Notes under the pieces: generated by a model
Seen by the model: only the letters and a program-made list of their open reading frames with translations
The model's database searches: none
Told to the model about the DNA's origin: nothing
Program-made: the position numbers and the translations under genes
Part shown: positions 29,965 through 43,204 of the stretch, piece after piece
Layout: every line of letters begins with the position of its first letter
How positions within the stretch are numbered: the stretch's first letter is position 1
Assembly: GCA_963828255.1 (NCBI GenBank)
Contig: CAWHDZ010000030.1
Location: 128,001-192,000 of the forward strand
Reading direction: 5' to 3'
From: an uncultured delta proteobacterium
GTDB lineage: Bacteria > Myxococcota > Myxococcia > Myxococcales > Anaeromyxobacteraceae
Length of the DNA stretch: 64,000 nucleotides

Positions 29965-31008
29965 TTACCTGCCCGCGTCGGTCCAGAACCGCGCCACCAG
30001 CTCCGCGCGCCCCTCGACGTCGTACCGGCGGAGCAGTGCGGACACGTGCTGCTCCACGGCGCTCTCGCTGCAGGAAAGCGTTCCCGCGATGACCCGGTTG
30101 GAGTGGCCCTGCGCCACGAGCTCCAGGACCTTCCCCTGGCTCCGGGTGAGCGCCATCCGGGCCACGGCCAGGGCCGCGCGCGGACCGGGGTCGCACGGCG
30201 GAGCACGGCGCATCGCCAGGTAGTGGTCCGGTCCGTCTACGTCGGAGAGCCGCTGGACGATCCAGGTCCCGTCCCCACGCCCGGCGATCTCCTCCCGGAG
30301 CCCGGCGAGCAGAGCCGCCCGGTCGGACTCGAGCAGCGCTCGCGCCGCGGGGTTGCAGTGCAGGAGGCGAAGGGGGCGGCGGAAGACGACCGTCGCGGCG
30401 CCCGTCGCGGAGAGCGCAGCCTTCATCGCCGACTCGGCCCATTGCACGGCGGCGAGCCGCCCCTGGAGCGTCAGCCGATCGCGCAGCGGCCTCAGCAGCC
30501 GTGCGACGTGTTCGCGCTCTCGCCCGCCGAAGGGGCGGTCGCGGAAGGCGCCGAACCAGGCGAGGAGGACCGGCCCGTCGCAGAGGAGCGTCCGGACCAC
30601 GTCGGAGAGCGAAAAGCCGCTGTGGAGGAGGAGCTGACCCACGGGGGTGCTGCGGACGGACCGCCCGGTCATCCGCTGGAGGTCCGCGAGGGAGAGGACG
30701 ACGTTCCGCTGGGCGGGATCGGGAGCGGTGGGGTCGAAGGTCGCCCCGCTCCGTGGATTGCGCTCGACCAGCTCCCGCAGCCGGCGCTCGACCCGGACCG
30801 CGCCATTGAACGGGGATCGCACGGAGGCCAGGGAAACGCCTCCGTCCGAGACGTCGAGCCGGAACCCGACGGTCTGCTCGGTGTCGAGGACCGGGGCGAC
30901 CTCGCGGGCGGCGATGTCGAGGACGTCCGCACCCTTGGGCGCCCCGCTCCGGATGAACTCGGCGAGGTCGCGTGTGCGCTTGCGCGCGGCTGTGACACCG
31001 AGGCTCAT
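29965..31008 (-). CDS. LuxR-type HTH transcriptional regulator
   Basis: C-terminal LTRSQGKVLELVAQGHSNRVIAGTLSCSESAVEQHVSALLRR. Confidence 0.85.
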   Translation of the reverse strand: MSLGVTAARKRTRDLAEFIRSGAPKGADVLDIAAREVAPVLDTEQTVGFRLDVSDGGVSLASVRSPFNGAVRVERRLRELVERNPRSGATFDPTAPDPAQRNVVLSLADLQRMTGRSVRSTPVGQLLLHSGFSLSDVVRTLLCDGPVLLAWFGAFRDRPFGGREREHVARLLRPLRDRLTLQGRLAAVQWAESAMKAALSATGAATVVFRRPLRLLHCNPAARALLESDRAALLAGLREEIAGRGDGTWIVQRLSDVDGPDHYLAMRRAPPCDPGPRAALAVARMALTRSQGKVLELVAQGHSNRVIAGTLSCSESAVEQHVSALLRRYDVEGRAELVARFWTDAGR

Positions 31009-31128
31009 GCGAACCGCATATCTTCAAAGACGGACCAGGAAGGAATTCCTGACCGGGATCACGAACGAAATCTTACCCCCCAAAAAGGCGACGATCAGGC
31101 CGCGCCCATGACGTGCCCGGACACGACG

Positions 31129-31159
31129 AGGCCCCGGTCGCTCGCGCAACCGGGGCCCC
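31129..31159 (-). terminator. Probable intrinsic terminator of the icd-mdh operon
   Basis: 12-bp stem GGCCCCGGTCGC/GCAACCGGGGCC about 28 bp after the mdh stop. Confidence 0.7.
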
Positions 31160-31187
31160 TGGATCAACCGGAAGTCGCAGCCGGGAC

Positions 31188-34565
<3,378 letters not shown>

Positions 34566-34673
34566 CTAGACACCAAGTCTGGTGGACCCTGTCAAGGCGA
34601 AATGGGACATCCACTGGCCGCAAACGATGCGTCGTGGACCCGATCGGTCACTGATCCCCCGAAGGTCGGAGAA

Positions 34674-35258
34674 TCAGCTTCCTCTCATCCAGGACGCGGC
34701 GCTCCGGAGTGCACCCCAGGCCGCCCGCGCGAGGAGGAAGAGCAGGACGAGCAGGGTGAAGGCGGCGGCCAGCGCCACCCACGGATGGCTCCAGACCAGC
34801 CAGGCCATCCCGGCGACGGTGGAGAGCTCCGCGCCGGTGGCCACCGCGTTCGAGACCGGCTCGGGCGAGGCGTCGATGGCGGTGCGGAGCTTGAGCTTGG
34901 TGGCCGTGGTCACGGCGCCCAGCGTCCCGCCCAGGAGGCCGGCCACCACGACCAGCACCGGGTTCGCGCCCCAGGTGGCGAGGACGGCGAGGGCCGCCGC
35001 GGCGACGGGGCGGATGGCGGCGTGGAGGGCCTCCCAGGCGGTGGCGATTCCCGGAACGAGCGTCGCGGCGACCTCGACGCCGGTGAGGAGGAGGGCGATC
35101 CCGATCACCCAGGAGCTCTCGAGGACGTGCAGGCCGTCCGGGAGGGCCACCCAGCCGAGCCGGCCGGCCAGGCCGGTGAAGGCCACCGTGGCGTAGAGGC
35201 TGACGCTCGACGACCAGGCGATGCCGAGGGCCGAGGCGAGCGCGGTGAGGGTGACCAT
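34674..35258 (-). CDS. DUF4126-family membrane protein
   Basis: GIAWSSSVSLYA, IRPVAAA, SPEPVSN motifs. Confidence 0.8.
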   Translation of the reverse strand: MVTLTALASALGIAWSSSVSLYATVAFTGLAGRLGWVALPDGLHVLESSWVIGIALLLTGVEVAATLVPGIATAWEALHAAIRPVAAAALAVLATWGANPVLVVVAGLLGGTLGAVTTATKLKLRTAIDASPEPVSNAVATGAELSTVAGMAWLVWSHPWVALAAAFTLLVLLFLLARAAWGALRSAASWMRGS

Positions 35259-35387
35259 GTGGGGAGCATGCAGCGACGCCTTCAGGCGGCGCAATGGTCG
35301 TGTCCGGAACCCGTCCGGGGTGGGTCCGATTCCGTCCTACCGGTAGGACGCCCCCGGGCGCCCCCAGCGCACGGGCGCTGCGGCTCG

Positions 35388-36353
35388 CTATGCAGGAATT
35401 CCCTCGAACAGGATCGACGACAGGTACCGCTCCCCCGCATCCGGGAGCACGGTGACGAGCAGCTTCCCCTGGTTCTCCGGGCGCGACGCCACCTTCACCG
35501 CGGCCGCCACCGCCGCGCCGCAGGAGATGCCGCAGGTGATCCCTTCCTCCCGGTGAAGCCGCTTGGCCATCTCCACCGCCTCGTCGTTCGTCACCTGCGC
35601 CACCTCGTCCACGACCGAGAGGTCGAGCACGTCCGGCTTGAACCCCGCCCCGATGCCCTGGATCTTGTGCGGCCCGGGCTTGGGCGGCTCTCCGGCGCGG
35701 ATGGCGGTGAGCACCGGCGAGTGGGTGGGCTCGACGGCCACCGACCAGACCGCCCTCTTCTTCTCGTTCTTGAGGTAGCGGGTGACGCCGGTGATGGTGC
35801 CGCCGGTGCCCACGCCGGCCACGAAGATATCCACCTTGCCGTCGGAGTCGCGCCAGATCTCCGGCCCGGTGGTCTCGAAGTGGATGCGCGGGTTGGCGGG
35901 GTTCTCGAACTGGCCGGCCAGCCAGTACTTCTTCGGGTCGCTGGCCACGATCTCCTTGGCCCGGGCGATGGCGCCGGCCATGCCCTTCGCACCCTCGGTG
36001 AGAATCAGCTCGGCCCCGAAGGCGCGCAGCATGCGGCGGCGCTCCACCGACATGGTCTCCGGCATGGTGAGGACGACGGGGTATCCCCGCGCCGCGGCCA
36101 CGAAGGCCAGCGCGATGCCGGTGTTGCCCGAGGTGGGCTCCACGATGGTCACGTCGCGGGAGCCGGGCTTGAGGATGCCCTTCTGCTCCGCGTCCCAGAT
36201 CATGGCCGCGCCGATGCGGCACTTCACCGAGTAGGCCGGGTTGCGCCCCTCGATCTTGGCCACGATGGTGGCCGGGAGCCCCTTCGAGATGCGGTTGAGG
36301 CGGACGAGCGGGGTGTTCCCGATGGAGCGGCTGTTGTCCTCGAAGATCGGCAT
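35388..36353 (-). CDS. cysK: Cysteine synthase A
   Basis: [53 protein letters not shown]. Confidence 0.97.
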   Translation of the reverse strand: MPIFEDNSRSIGNTPLVRLNRISKGLPATIVAKIEGRNPAYSVKCRIGAAMIWDAEQKGILKPGSRDVTIVEPTSGNTGIALAFVAAARGYPVVLTMPETMSVERRRMLRAFGAELILTEGAKGMAGAIARAKEIVASDPKKYWLAGQFENPANPRIHFETTGPEIWRDSDGKVDIFVAGVGTGGTITGVTRYLKNEKKRAVWSVAVEPTHSPVLTAIRAGEPPKPGPHKIQGIGAGFKPDVLDLSVVDEVAQVTNDEAVEMAKRLHREEGITCGISCGAAVAAAVKVASRPENQGKLLVTVLPDAGERYLSSILFEGIPA

Positions 36354-36382
36354 GGCGTTCTCTCCTGGGCGCCGGGCGCCCG

Positions 36383-36832
36383 TCAGATGCTGAAGTCAGG
36401 TACGCCCGAGGATTCCTGGACGCGGCGGGTGAGGTCCTCGAGCGAGACCCCGTCGAGCGACGCCGCCAGGGCGCGCTCCGCCTCCGTCCAAGTCTGGTGA
36501 AGTACGCGGCTGCTGCCGGCGGCGGCTCCGGGCGACGGGCGCCGCCGGACCGGGCGGACGGCCAGCCCCTCTGGCCCCTCCACGGCGCGGACCACATCGC
36601 CGGCGCCGATTCGCGACGGGGCGAGGGCGAGCCGGTGGCCGCCCCGGGAGCCGCGCTCGCTCTCCACCAGGCCGGCGCGGCGAAGCTGGCCGAGGACGGT
36701 CTCGAGGAACTTGGCCGGGGCGCCGGTGCGGCGGGCGACGTCCGAGGTCCGGGCGAGCTTCGAGGCCGACGCGTGGAGCGCGAGGTCGAGGGAGGCCAGG
36801 AGGGCGTATTCGGATTTGAGGCTGAAGCGCAC
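36383..36832 (-). CDS. Rrf2-family transcriptional regulator (CymR-like, no Fe-S cysteines)
   Basis: GTG at 36832; [31 protein letters not shown]; directly upstream of cysK. Confidence 0.9.
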   Translation of the reverse strand: MRFSLKSEYALLASLDLALHASASKLARTSDVARRTGAPAKFLETVLGQLRRAGLVESERGSRGGHRLALAPSRIGAGDVVRAVEGPEGLAVRPVRRRPSPGAAAGSSRVLHQTWTEAERALAASLDGVSLEDLTRRVQESSGVPDFSI

Positions 36833-36835
36833 GGT

Positions 36836-36861
36836 TAATCCATATAAAGCTGATAGGATTA
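36836..36861. promoter_or_regulatory. AT-rich inverted repeat, candidate Rrf2 autoregulatory operator
   Basis: TAATCC-ATATAAAGCTGATA-GGATTA lies 3 bp upstream of the Rrf2 start in a GC-rich background. Confidence 0.6.
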
Positions 36862-36972
36862 CTACCATCGGTTCGGTGGACCTGCAAGCCCCGACAGGGT
36901 ACAGGGAGTCCAAGGTCGTGAATTCGCTCCCCGGGCGGATTCCCAATAGGATGCCGTGGTTGGAGGGATCTC

Positions 36973-38532
36973 GTGCGTTTCACCTGCCAGAGCTGTGGCC
37001 GTGCCTACGCCGTCGCCGGCGAGCTGGCCGGTCGCTCCTTCAAGATGAAGTGCAAGAGCTGCGGTCACATGATCGTGGTGCGCCCCTCCACGCCCGCCGA
37101 GGGGGCTCCGCCGTCCCCGCCTCCGTCCCAGCCACCCACTCCGAGGGCCGAGCCGCCGGCCGAGCGCCATCCCCTCTCGACCCCGCTCGTCGAGGTCGCG
37201 GGGGCTGCCGGGGTCGTCATCACTCCCCACCCGCCGCCGCTTTCGGACTTCACCCCGACACCCCCGCCGGTGCAGCCGCCTACGCCGGGCGCCGCACCGC
37301 CGGTCGCCGCCGCGCCGAAGCCGGTTCTTCCCACGGTCATCGACGACGGGAACGATCCGTTCTCTGGGCTCATGGAGCTGAAGACCGCGGAGCTGCAGCT
37401 GCTCCGCCGCGCCGCCACCCCGGAGCCACCTCCCGCGCCGCCACCTCCGGCGGAAGCCCCTCCCGAACCCCCTCCGGCCCGCGCCGAGGCCGCCCCGAAG
37501 CCCTCACCCGGCGCTGCGGAGAAGTCCGCGACCAAGCCCGCCCCCGACACGGCTCCCGCGCCTCCCGAGGGGCCTCGTCGGGTGATCGCGCTCCCGCCTC
37601 CGCGCTTCTCGCCGCTCCAGGTCGCGGTGGCGGTCGTGGCGGTGCTCCTCATCGTCGCCGCTGCCGGGTACTGGTTCGTCGCGGGCAAGAAGGAGCCCGC
37701 CAACCGCACCGCGGCATCCCCGGTCGAGGCGCCGCAGCCCGAAGCGGCCGCCCCGGCGATCCCTTCCGCCGGAAATGCGCCGGAGCCCGCCGCGCCCGCT
37801 CCCCAGCCGGCGCCCCAGCCGGCGAGGGTCGAGGCGCCCCCGCCTCCGGCGCCAGCCGAGCCCAGGGCGTCCCCTGCTCGCGCCGAACGGGCGCCGCCCA
37901 CCCGGGGCGCGGCGCCAGCCCCCGAGCCCTTGCTGCCGCCGACCGCCTCGCTCCCCGCCACCGCGCCCCCGGCGCGCACCGAGCCCAGGCCCGAGCCCAG
38001 GCCGGAACCAGCTCGCGAGGTCAGGCCTCCACCGGTGGCCGCGACCGTAGCCGCACCGTCGATCCCGGCCCAGGCAGCCGCCCCGCCCCCCGCGAATCCG
38101 CCCGTGGAGGCGGCCCCGCCCCCGGATCCCGTCGCGGCCCCGCCCCAGGTCGCAGCCCCGGTCCCCGTCCCGGCCGCCACGCAGCCTGCCGCCACGCAGC
38201 CGGCGCCCCCGGCCGAGTCCGCGGCGGACGGTCCGCGCTACGTGGGCGACGGATTCCTCTCGCCGAAGCTCATCAGCCGGACCTGCATCTCGGAGAACCT
38301 CCGGCTCCCCGCCCAGCTGACGGGCGCCGTTCCGGACACGGTCACCGCGCGGATCGCGGTCTCCGCGACGGGGCAGCCGTCGGCAGTCCAGGTGATGGGA
38401 CAGGTCGCCGACCCCCGGATCTCCGAGGCGGTCCGGCGCGCCGTGCAGGCCTGCGACTGGGTCCCGGGAGCGGACGCAGAGGGCAAGCCCACCGCGCTCT
38501 GGGTGGTGCTGCCCATCCGGCTCACGCAGTAG
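36973..38532 (+). CDS. Zinc-ribbon / Pro-rich / TM / TonB-C-terminal protein (AgmX/GltJ-like)
   Basis: CQSC...CKSC zinc ribbon; TM VAVAVVAVLLIVAAAGYWF; C-terminal TonB-C-like domain (IAVSATGQP, WVPG, VVLPIRL). Confidence 0.75.
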   Translation: MRFTCQSCGRAYAVAGELAGRSFKMKCKSCGHMIVVRPSTPAEGAPPSPPPSQPPTPRAEPPAERHPLSTPLVEVAGAAGVVITPHPPPLSDFTPTPPPVQPPTPGAAPPVAAAPKPVLPTVIDDGNDPFSGLMELKTAELQLLRRAATPEPPPAPPPPAEAPPEPPPARAEAAPKPSPGAAEKSATKPAPDTAPAPPEGPRRVIALPPPRFSPLQVAVAVVAVLLIVAAAGYWFVAGKKEPANRTAASPVEAPQPEAAAPAIPSAGNAPEPAAPAPQPAPQPARVEAPPPPAPAEPRASPARAERAPPTRGAAPAPEPLLPPTASLPATAPPARTEPRPEPRPEPAREVRPPPVAATVAAPSIPAQAAAPPPANPPVEAAPPPDPVAAPPQVAAPVPVPAATQPAATQPAPPAESAADGPRYVGDGFLSPKLISRTCISENLRLPAQLTGAVPDTVTARIAVSATGQPSAVQVMGQVADPRISEAVRRAVQACDWVPGADAEGKPTALWVVLPIRLTQ

Positions 38533-38552
38533 GGACCAGCCCGCCCGTACCC

Positions 38553-38996
38553 TCAGCGGACCGGCAGCACCTTGCGCATCTTGACGTGCGGGACGCCCTC
38601 CTCGAGGAAGGTCTCTCCCTCGGCGACGTAGCCGCGCCGGGTGTAGAACCCCACCGCCGGCAACTGGGAGTGAACCACCACCTCCCGCAGGCCGCGCAGC
38701 TCCGCCATCCGCTCCAGGGCCTCCAGCACGGCGCCGCCCACGCCCGCACCCCGCTGCGTGGGCGACGTGGCCATGCGCCCGATCTGGCAGGTCCGGGTGT
38801 CGAGCCGGACGGCGCGGCCGGTGCCCACGCAGGCGCCACCCTCGTCGAAGACCACCGCGTGATCGGCGTTGAAGTCGTAGGCGTCCCGGTCGAGAGGACG
38901 CGGCACCCCCTGCTCCACCTCGAAGACGAGGCGGCGCAGCTCGTAGGCGAGGTCTCGATCCTGGGTCGTGGAGGCGAACCGGACGGTGTGGGCCAT
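38553..38996 (-). CDS. GNAT acetyltransferase (ElaA/YjcF-like)
   Basis: LRRLVFEVEQGVP, QRGAGVG, FYTRRGY, FLEEGVPHVKM. Confidence 0.92.
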   Translation of the reverse strand: MAHTVRFASTTQDRDLAYELRRLVFEVEQGVPRPLDRDAYDFNADHAVVFDEGGACVGTGRAVRLDTRTCQIGRMATSPTQRGAGVGGAVLEALERMAELRGLREVVVHSQLPAVGFYTRRGYVAEGETFLEEGVPHVKMRKVLPVR

Positions 38997-39070
38997 CCGG
39001 GATCCTTAACCGAAACCGGGTCGGTGATGCCAGGGGGGCGCACCGGACGCGGCCGTGCTACCAAGGCGGG

Positions 39071-39850
39071 ATGCAGCCCTGGGAGACGGTGGACCGCGCA
39101 AAGGTCGCCGGCGGCACCGAGCTCGTGCTGGCACGGCGGGGCGACGAGTGGGTGGTGCGCAACGACGGGCGCGTGCTCATGTCGAGCCGGCAGCACGGCT
39201 CGGAGGACGCGCTGGCGGCGCTGGCGCTCGAGAAGGTGGAACGCACCGGTGGCGCACGCACGGTGCTCATCGGCGGGCTCGGCCTGGGGTACACGCTGCG
39301 GGCCACCCTCGATCGCATCGGCCCTGAAGCCCGGGCCGTCGTCGCCGAGATCTCGCCGGAACTGGTGGGCTGGAACCGGGGGCCGGTGGCCCACCTGGCC
39401 GGGCGCCCCCTCGACGACCCACGCACGCGGCTTCAAGTGGGCGACGTGGTGTCTCGCATCGCCGAGGCCACGGGCGCCTTCGACGCCATCCTGCTCGACG
39501 TGGACAACAGCCCCTCCTCGATGGTGCTGGCCGGGAACGACCGGCTCTACGGCCCGAAGGGCGTGCGCGCCTGCGCCGCGGCGCTCTCCGCGGGAGGGGT
39601 GCTGGCGGTCTGGTCGGCCGGACCCGACGACCCGTATCTGGAGAGGCTCGAGAAGGCCGGCCTCCGGGCCCGCGCCGTCGTCGTCCCCGCCCGCGGCGTC
39701 GGCGGGGGCGGGGCGCGCCACGTCGTCTTCCTGGGAGTGAAGAAGGCGGCTAACCCTCGCCGCCCCGGAAGAGGCGAACCCCCAGCGCGAAGCCCGCCAG
39801 CCCCACGAGGACGAGCACCGCGAGCGGCGTCGCCATCTCGGCGGCGCTGA
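39071..39850 (+). CDS. Spermidine synthase-like SAM-dependent transferase
   Basis: LMSSRQHGSE, VLIGGLGLGYT, FDAILLDVDN, GGVLAVWS. Confidence 0.85.
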   Translation: MQPWETVDRAKVAGGTELVLARRGDEWVVRNDGRVLMSSRQHGSEDALAALALEKVERTGGARTVLIGGLGLGYTLRATLDRIGPEARAVVAEISPELVGWNRGPVAHLAGRPLDDPRTRLQVGDVVSRIAEATGAFDAILLDVDNSPSSMVLAGNDRLYGPKGVRACAAALSAGGVLAVWSAGPDDPYLERLEKAGLRARAVVVPARGVGGGGARHVVFLGVKKAANPRRPGRGEPPARSPPAPRGRAPRAASPSRRR

Positions 39851-41030
39851 AGCCGCGCCAGGTCGCCCCCTCCAGCGCCACGATCCCCCACTTCACCGGG
39901 GAGAGGTTGCTCACCGTCTGCATCCAGGAGGGCATGACGAAGAGCGGGATCATGCCGCCGCCGAACATGGAGAGCGGCATCATGATGGCCCAGCCCAGGC
40001 CGCCGGCCGACTGCTCCGTCTTCCCCAGCACCGCCACCGTCATCATGATCCCCACGAAGCAGGCCGCGACCGAGAGCGTCGCCGCGGCGAGCAGGAGCCA
40101 GGATGCCGGGCGGATCCCGAAGAAGGCCACCCCGAGCAGGAGCAGCATCGACTCCACCGCGGCGATGGCGACGAAGCAGGCGAGCGCCTTTCCCACCAGC
40201 ACGTCGAGCCGGGAGAGCGGCGAGGTCTCGAGCCGCAGCAGCGTCCCGCGGGTCCGCTCGGTGACGAGGGAGAGGGCGAAGCCCAGGGCGCTCCCGATGA
40301 CGCCCCAGAGGATCCCCTGCGGGAAGGTGAAGTCGAAGGCGGATCGCGGCCCGACCTTCTCCCGGCGCACCTCGCGCCGCTCGATCTCGAGCGGCTTCCA
40401 GCCCGGGCCCGCTCCCTCGCCGGCCTGCGCCTGACGGGGACGCTCCACGAAGCTGCGCAGCTCGCCCAGGAACTTCCGCGTGGAGTCGCGCCCCTCCGAG
40501 TCGGAAGCCGATCCCAGGTCCGCGATGGACCGGTCCACCATGCCGATGGTCTTCGACGGATCGGTGAAGAGTTCCTGCATCGACTGCATCGCGGCGCCGG
40601 TGAGGATCCCCTCGATCATCGCCCCCTCGGCGGTGCGCGCCGGGTCCACCTCGAGCTCGAGCTTCCGCGGGGCCCCGTGGAAGAGCCGGCCGGCGGCCTC
40701 GCCGTAGCCCGGAGGCACGATCACCGCCGCCGAGCGCTTGCCCTGCCGGACGAGGCGCGTGGCCTCCTCGCGCGGAGCGGCCGTGATCTCGAGCCCGGCG
40801 GTGGCGGTGAGCCGGGCGACGAGACGGGCAGATTCGCCGGTGCGGTCCTCGTCCACGACCACGACCGGGATCCGCCCCTTCTCCCCGCCGCCCCCGAAGA
40901 CGTAGCCGAAGAAGAGGGCCATGAGGACCGGCCAGGCCAGCGCGAAGAAGAGCGTGGCCCGGTTGCGGGAGAGCAGGCGCAGGTCCTTGCCGGCGAGCGC
41001 CAGGACGGCGCGGGTGCGGGAGGCGCTCAT
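39750..41030 (-). CDS. ABC-2 type transporter permease
   Basis: KDLRLLSRNR, VVDED, ERTRGTLLRL, GGGMIP, SPVKW. Confidence 0.9.
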   Translation of the reverse strand: MSASRTRAVLALAGKDLRLLSRNRATLFFALAWPVLMALFFGYVFGGGGEKGRIPVVVVDEDRTGESARLVARLTATAGLEITAAPREEATRLVRQGKRSAAVIVPPGYGEAAGRLFHGAPRKLELEVDPARTAEGAMIEGILTGAAMQSMQELFTDPSKTIGMVDRSIADLGSASDSEGRDSTRKFLGELRSFVERPRQAQAGEGAGPGWKPLEIERREVRREKVGPRSAFDFTFPQGILWGVIGSALGFALSLVTERTRGTLLRLETSPLSRLDVLVGKALACFVAIAAVESMLLLLGVAFFGIRPASWLLLAAATLSVAACFVGIMMTVAVLGKTEQSAGGLGWAIMMPLSMFGGGMIPLFVMPSWMQTVSNLSPVKWGIVALEGATWRGFSAAEMATPLAVLVLVGLAGFALGVRLFRGGEG

Positions 41031-41875
41031 TCGTCGCGCAGCCTCCGGCCGGTGAGGTGGAGGAAGACCGCCTCGAGGTCGGCCCGCTCGACGCGAAAGT
41101 CCTCCACGCGCCCGGCGGCCAGGATCCGGGACAGCTCGCCGGCCGGGTCGCGGGTGGAGATGCGCCGTTCCACGCCCCCCTCGACCACCACCAGCGTCGG
41201 GTCGCCCCCGTGGCGGGAGACCAGGTCGGACACCGTGCCGAGCGCCAGCATCCGCCCTTGGTCCACGATGGCGATGCGGTCGCAGATGCGGGCCGCCTCG
41301 TCCATGTAGTGGGTGGTGTAGACGACCGCCCGGTCCGCTCCGCGCAGCTCGACCACGCGGTCCAGGATGGCGTTGCGCGACTGGGGGTCCACGCCCACGG
41401 TTGGCTCGTCGAGCAGGATGAGGGCCGGGTCGTGGACCAGCGCAGCCGCCATGTTGAGCCGCCGCTTCATGCCCCCGGAGAGCGCGGCGGTCCTGTCGCG
41501 GCGGCGGTCGGCGAGCGCGGCGAAGTCGAGGGCCCATTCGACGCGTCCCGCGAGGGCCGCCCCGGAAAGTCCCTGGACGCGCCCGAAGAATCTGAGATTT
41601 TCTTCGGGAGTGAGCGCCTCGTAGAGTGCGATGGCCTGCGGCGCGACGCCGAGCATCCCTCGGACGGCCGAATTCCGCGGAGATCCGCGCCCGTCCACGT
41701 CCACCTCGCCCCGATCCGGGTCGAGGAGCCCCACCGCCATGTGGATGGTGGTGCTCTTTCCCGCCCCGTTGGGGCCGAGCAGGCCCAGGATCTCCCCGCG
41801 CCGGACCTCGAGCGAGAGCCCGTCGACCGCGACCCGCTCGCCGAACCGCTTGTGGAGGTCGCGGAGGGCAAGCAC
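41027..41875 (-). CDS. ABC transporter ATP-binding protein
   Basis: GPNGAGKST, LSGGMKRR, LLDEPTVGVD, TTHYMDEA. Confidence 0.95.
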   Translation of the reverse strand: MLALRDLHKRFGERVAVDGLSLEVRRGEILGLLGPNGAGKSTTIHMAVGLLDPDRGEVDVDGRGSPRNSAVRGMLGVAPQAIALYEALTPEENLRFFGRVQGLSGAALAGRVEWALDFAALADRRRDRTAALSGGMKRRLNMAAALVHDPALILLDEPTVGVDPQSRNAILDRVVELRGADRAVVYTTHYMDEAARICDRIAIVDQGRMLALGTVSDLVSRHGGDPTLVVVEGGVERRISTRDPAGELSRILAAGRVEDFRVERADLEAVFLHLTGRRLRDE

Positions 41876-41986
41876 CGGGCCATCCTAGGGAAGGGGCGGG
41901 GGCGGGGCAACGCCGCGCCACCCGTTCGTGTCGTTTCGTTAAGCGGAGACGGCGTGTCCGCCGGTCGGATACATTCGGGTGGCGCC

Positions 41987-42418
41987 ATGCTCACCAGCTC
42001 GCCCAGGATCATGGTCGTGGACGACCTCGTCGATCACCGCGAACTGCTCTCGCAGGTGCTGGTGGACCTCGGTTACGCGGTCGACACCGTCGGTGACGCC
42101 CACACCGCGCTCGACGCTATCCGGCGCGGTCCGCGGCCCCAGCTCGTCCTGGTGGACTTCTGGATGCCGGGCATGGGCGGCAACCAGTTCCTCGCCATCC
42201 TGCGCGCCGACTCCGATCCCGAGCTGTCGCGCATTCCCGTCGTGGTCATGACCGCCGACGCCGACGGGGTGGCCGAGCTGCTCGCGTCGACACCCCCCGA
42301 CTTCCTCCTCGAGAAGCCCTTCGGCCTGCGGGAGCTCCGGCGCGTGGTGGTCCGCTTCTGCGGCCAGGGCGCGGGAACCCACCGCTGGGGCGCCTCGACG
42401 AATCACGATCCGGCGTAG
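41987..42418 (+). CDS. Single-domain response regulator
   Basis: IMVVDD, LVDFWMPGMGG, VVMTA, LEKPF. Confidence 0.88.
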   Translation: MLTSSPRIMVVDDLVDHRELLSQVLVDLGYAVDTVGDAHTALDAIRRGPRPQLVLVDFWMPGMGGNQFLAILRADSDPELSRIPVVVMTADADGVAELLASTPPDFLLEKPFGLRELRRVVVRFCGQGAGTHRWGASTNHDPA

Positions 42419-43170
42419 CCCGCGGCCCGGTACACCATCCGTCCGGCCAGCTCCCGCAAGGCAGCGGTGCTCCGCTCGAGCGACTCCACCCGCGGCAGCC
42501 AGCCGCCGTCCTTGATTCCGTACCGGTGGTCCACCGGCAGGACGTCCACCTCGAGACCGGCCCTGCGGAAGGCGGCCGCGGCCCGGGGCATGTGCATGGC
42601 GCTGGTGACGAGGAGCAGCGTCTTCCACCCCCGCTCCCGGACGACGACGGCGCTCCGCTCGGCGTTCTCCCGCGTGTTCCGGCTCTCGCGCTCGAGCACC
42701 ACCCGATCCCCCGGCACGCCGAGACGAAGGTAGAGCGAGGCGCCCCAGTCGGCCTCGACCGGCTCGCCGGGCACGGGGCCGCCGGCGGAGAGCAGGAGGT
42801 TCCGCACGCGCCCGGAGCGGAACAGCTCGTACCCGGTCACGACCCGGTCGCCTCCGGCGTTCAGCTCGATTCCCCCGCTCCCCCTCGACGCGGCGGGGTC
42901 GATGCCCCCGCCCAGCACGATGGCCGCGTCGTAGACCACCTCGGGGCGCAGCGTCGATCGCACCCCGGCCTCGGCGTGCCGGCTGAGCGCGTTGGCCACC
43001 GGCTCGACCGAGAAGACCCAGAGCACCGCGCCCGCCGCGGCGACGAGCCACGCCCCGGCGGGGCGCCTCCGGGAGAGCAGGCCGGCCAGGACGAGGAGCA
43101 GCGTCCAGGTGAGCGGGGCGAGGAGGAGGTCGAGGACCTTGGAGAGGAGGTAGAACACCGAATGGATCAT
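42403..43170 (-). CDS. YdcF/ElyC/SanA (DUF218) family protein
   Basis: AIVLGGG, ESRNTRENA, LLVTSAMHMPRA. Confidence 0.9.
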   Translation of the reverse strand: MIHSVFYLLSKVLDLLLAPLTWTLLLVLAGLLSRRRPAGAWLVAAAGAVLWVFSVEPVANALSRHAEAGVRSTLRPEVVYDAAIVLGGGIDPAASRGSGGIELNAGGDRVVTGYELFRSGRVRNLLLSAGGPVPGEPVEADWGASLYLRLGVPGDRVVLERESRNTRENAERSAVVVRERGWKTLLLVTSAMHMPRAAAAFRRAGLEVDVLPVDHRYGIKDGGWLPRVESLERSTAALRELAGRMVYRAAGYAGS

Positions 43171-43204
43171 AGCCCCACCGGCGGTGGCCGCTAAGATGTG
43201 GCGC

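Noticed and set aside
37100..38220. Low-complexity Pro/Ala repeats
   Set aside because: This is an ordinary linker within the zinc-ribbon/TonB protein, not a separate repeat element.
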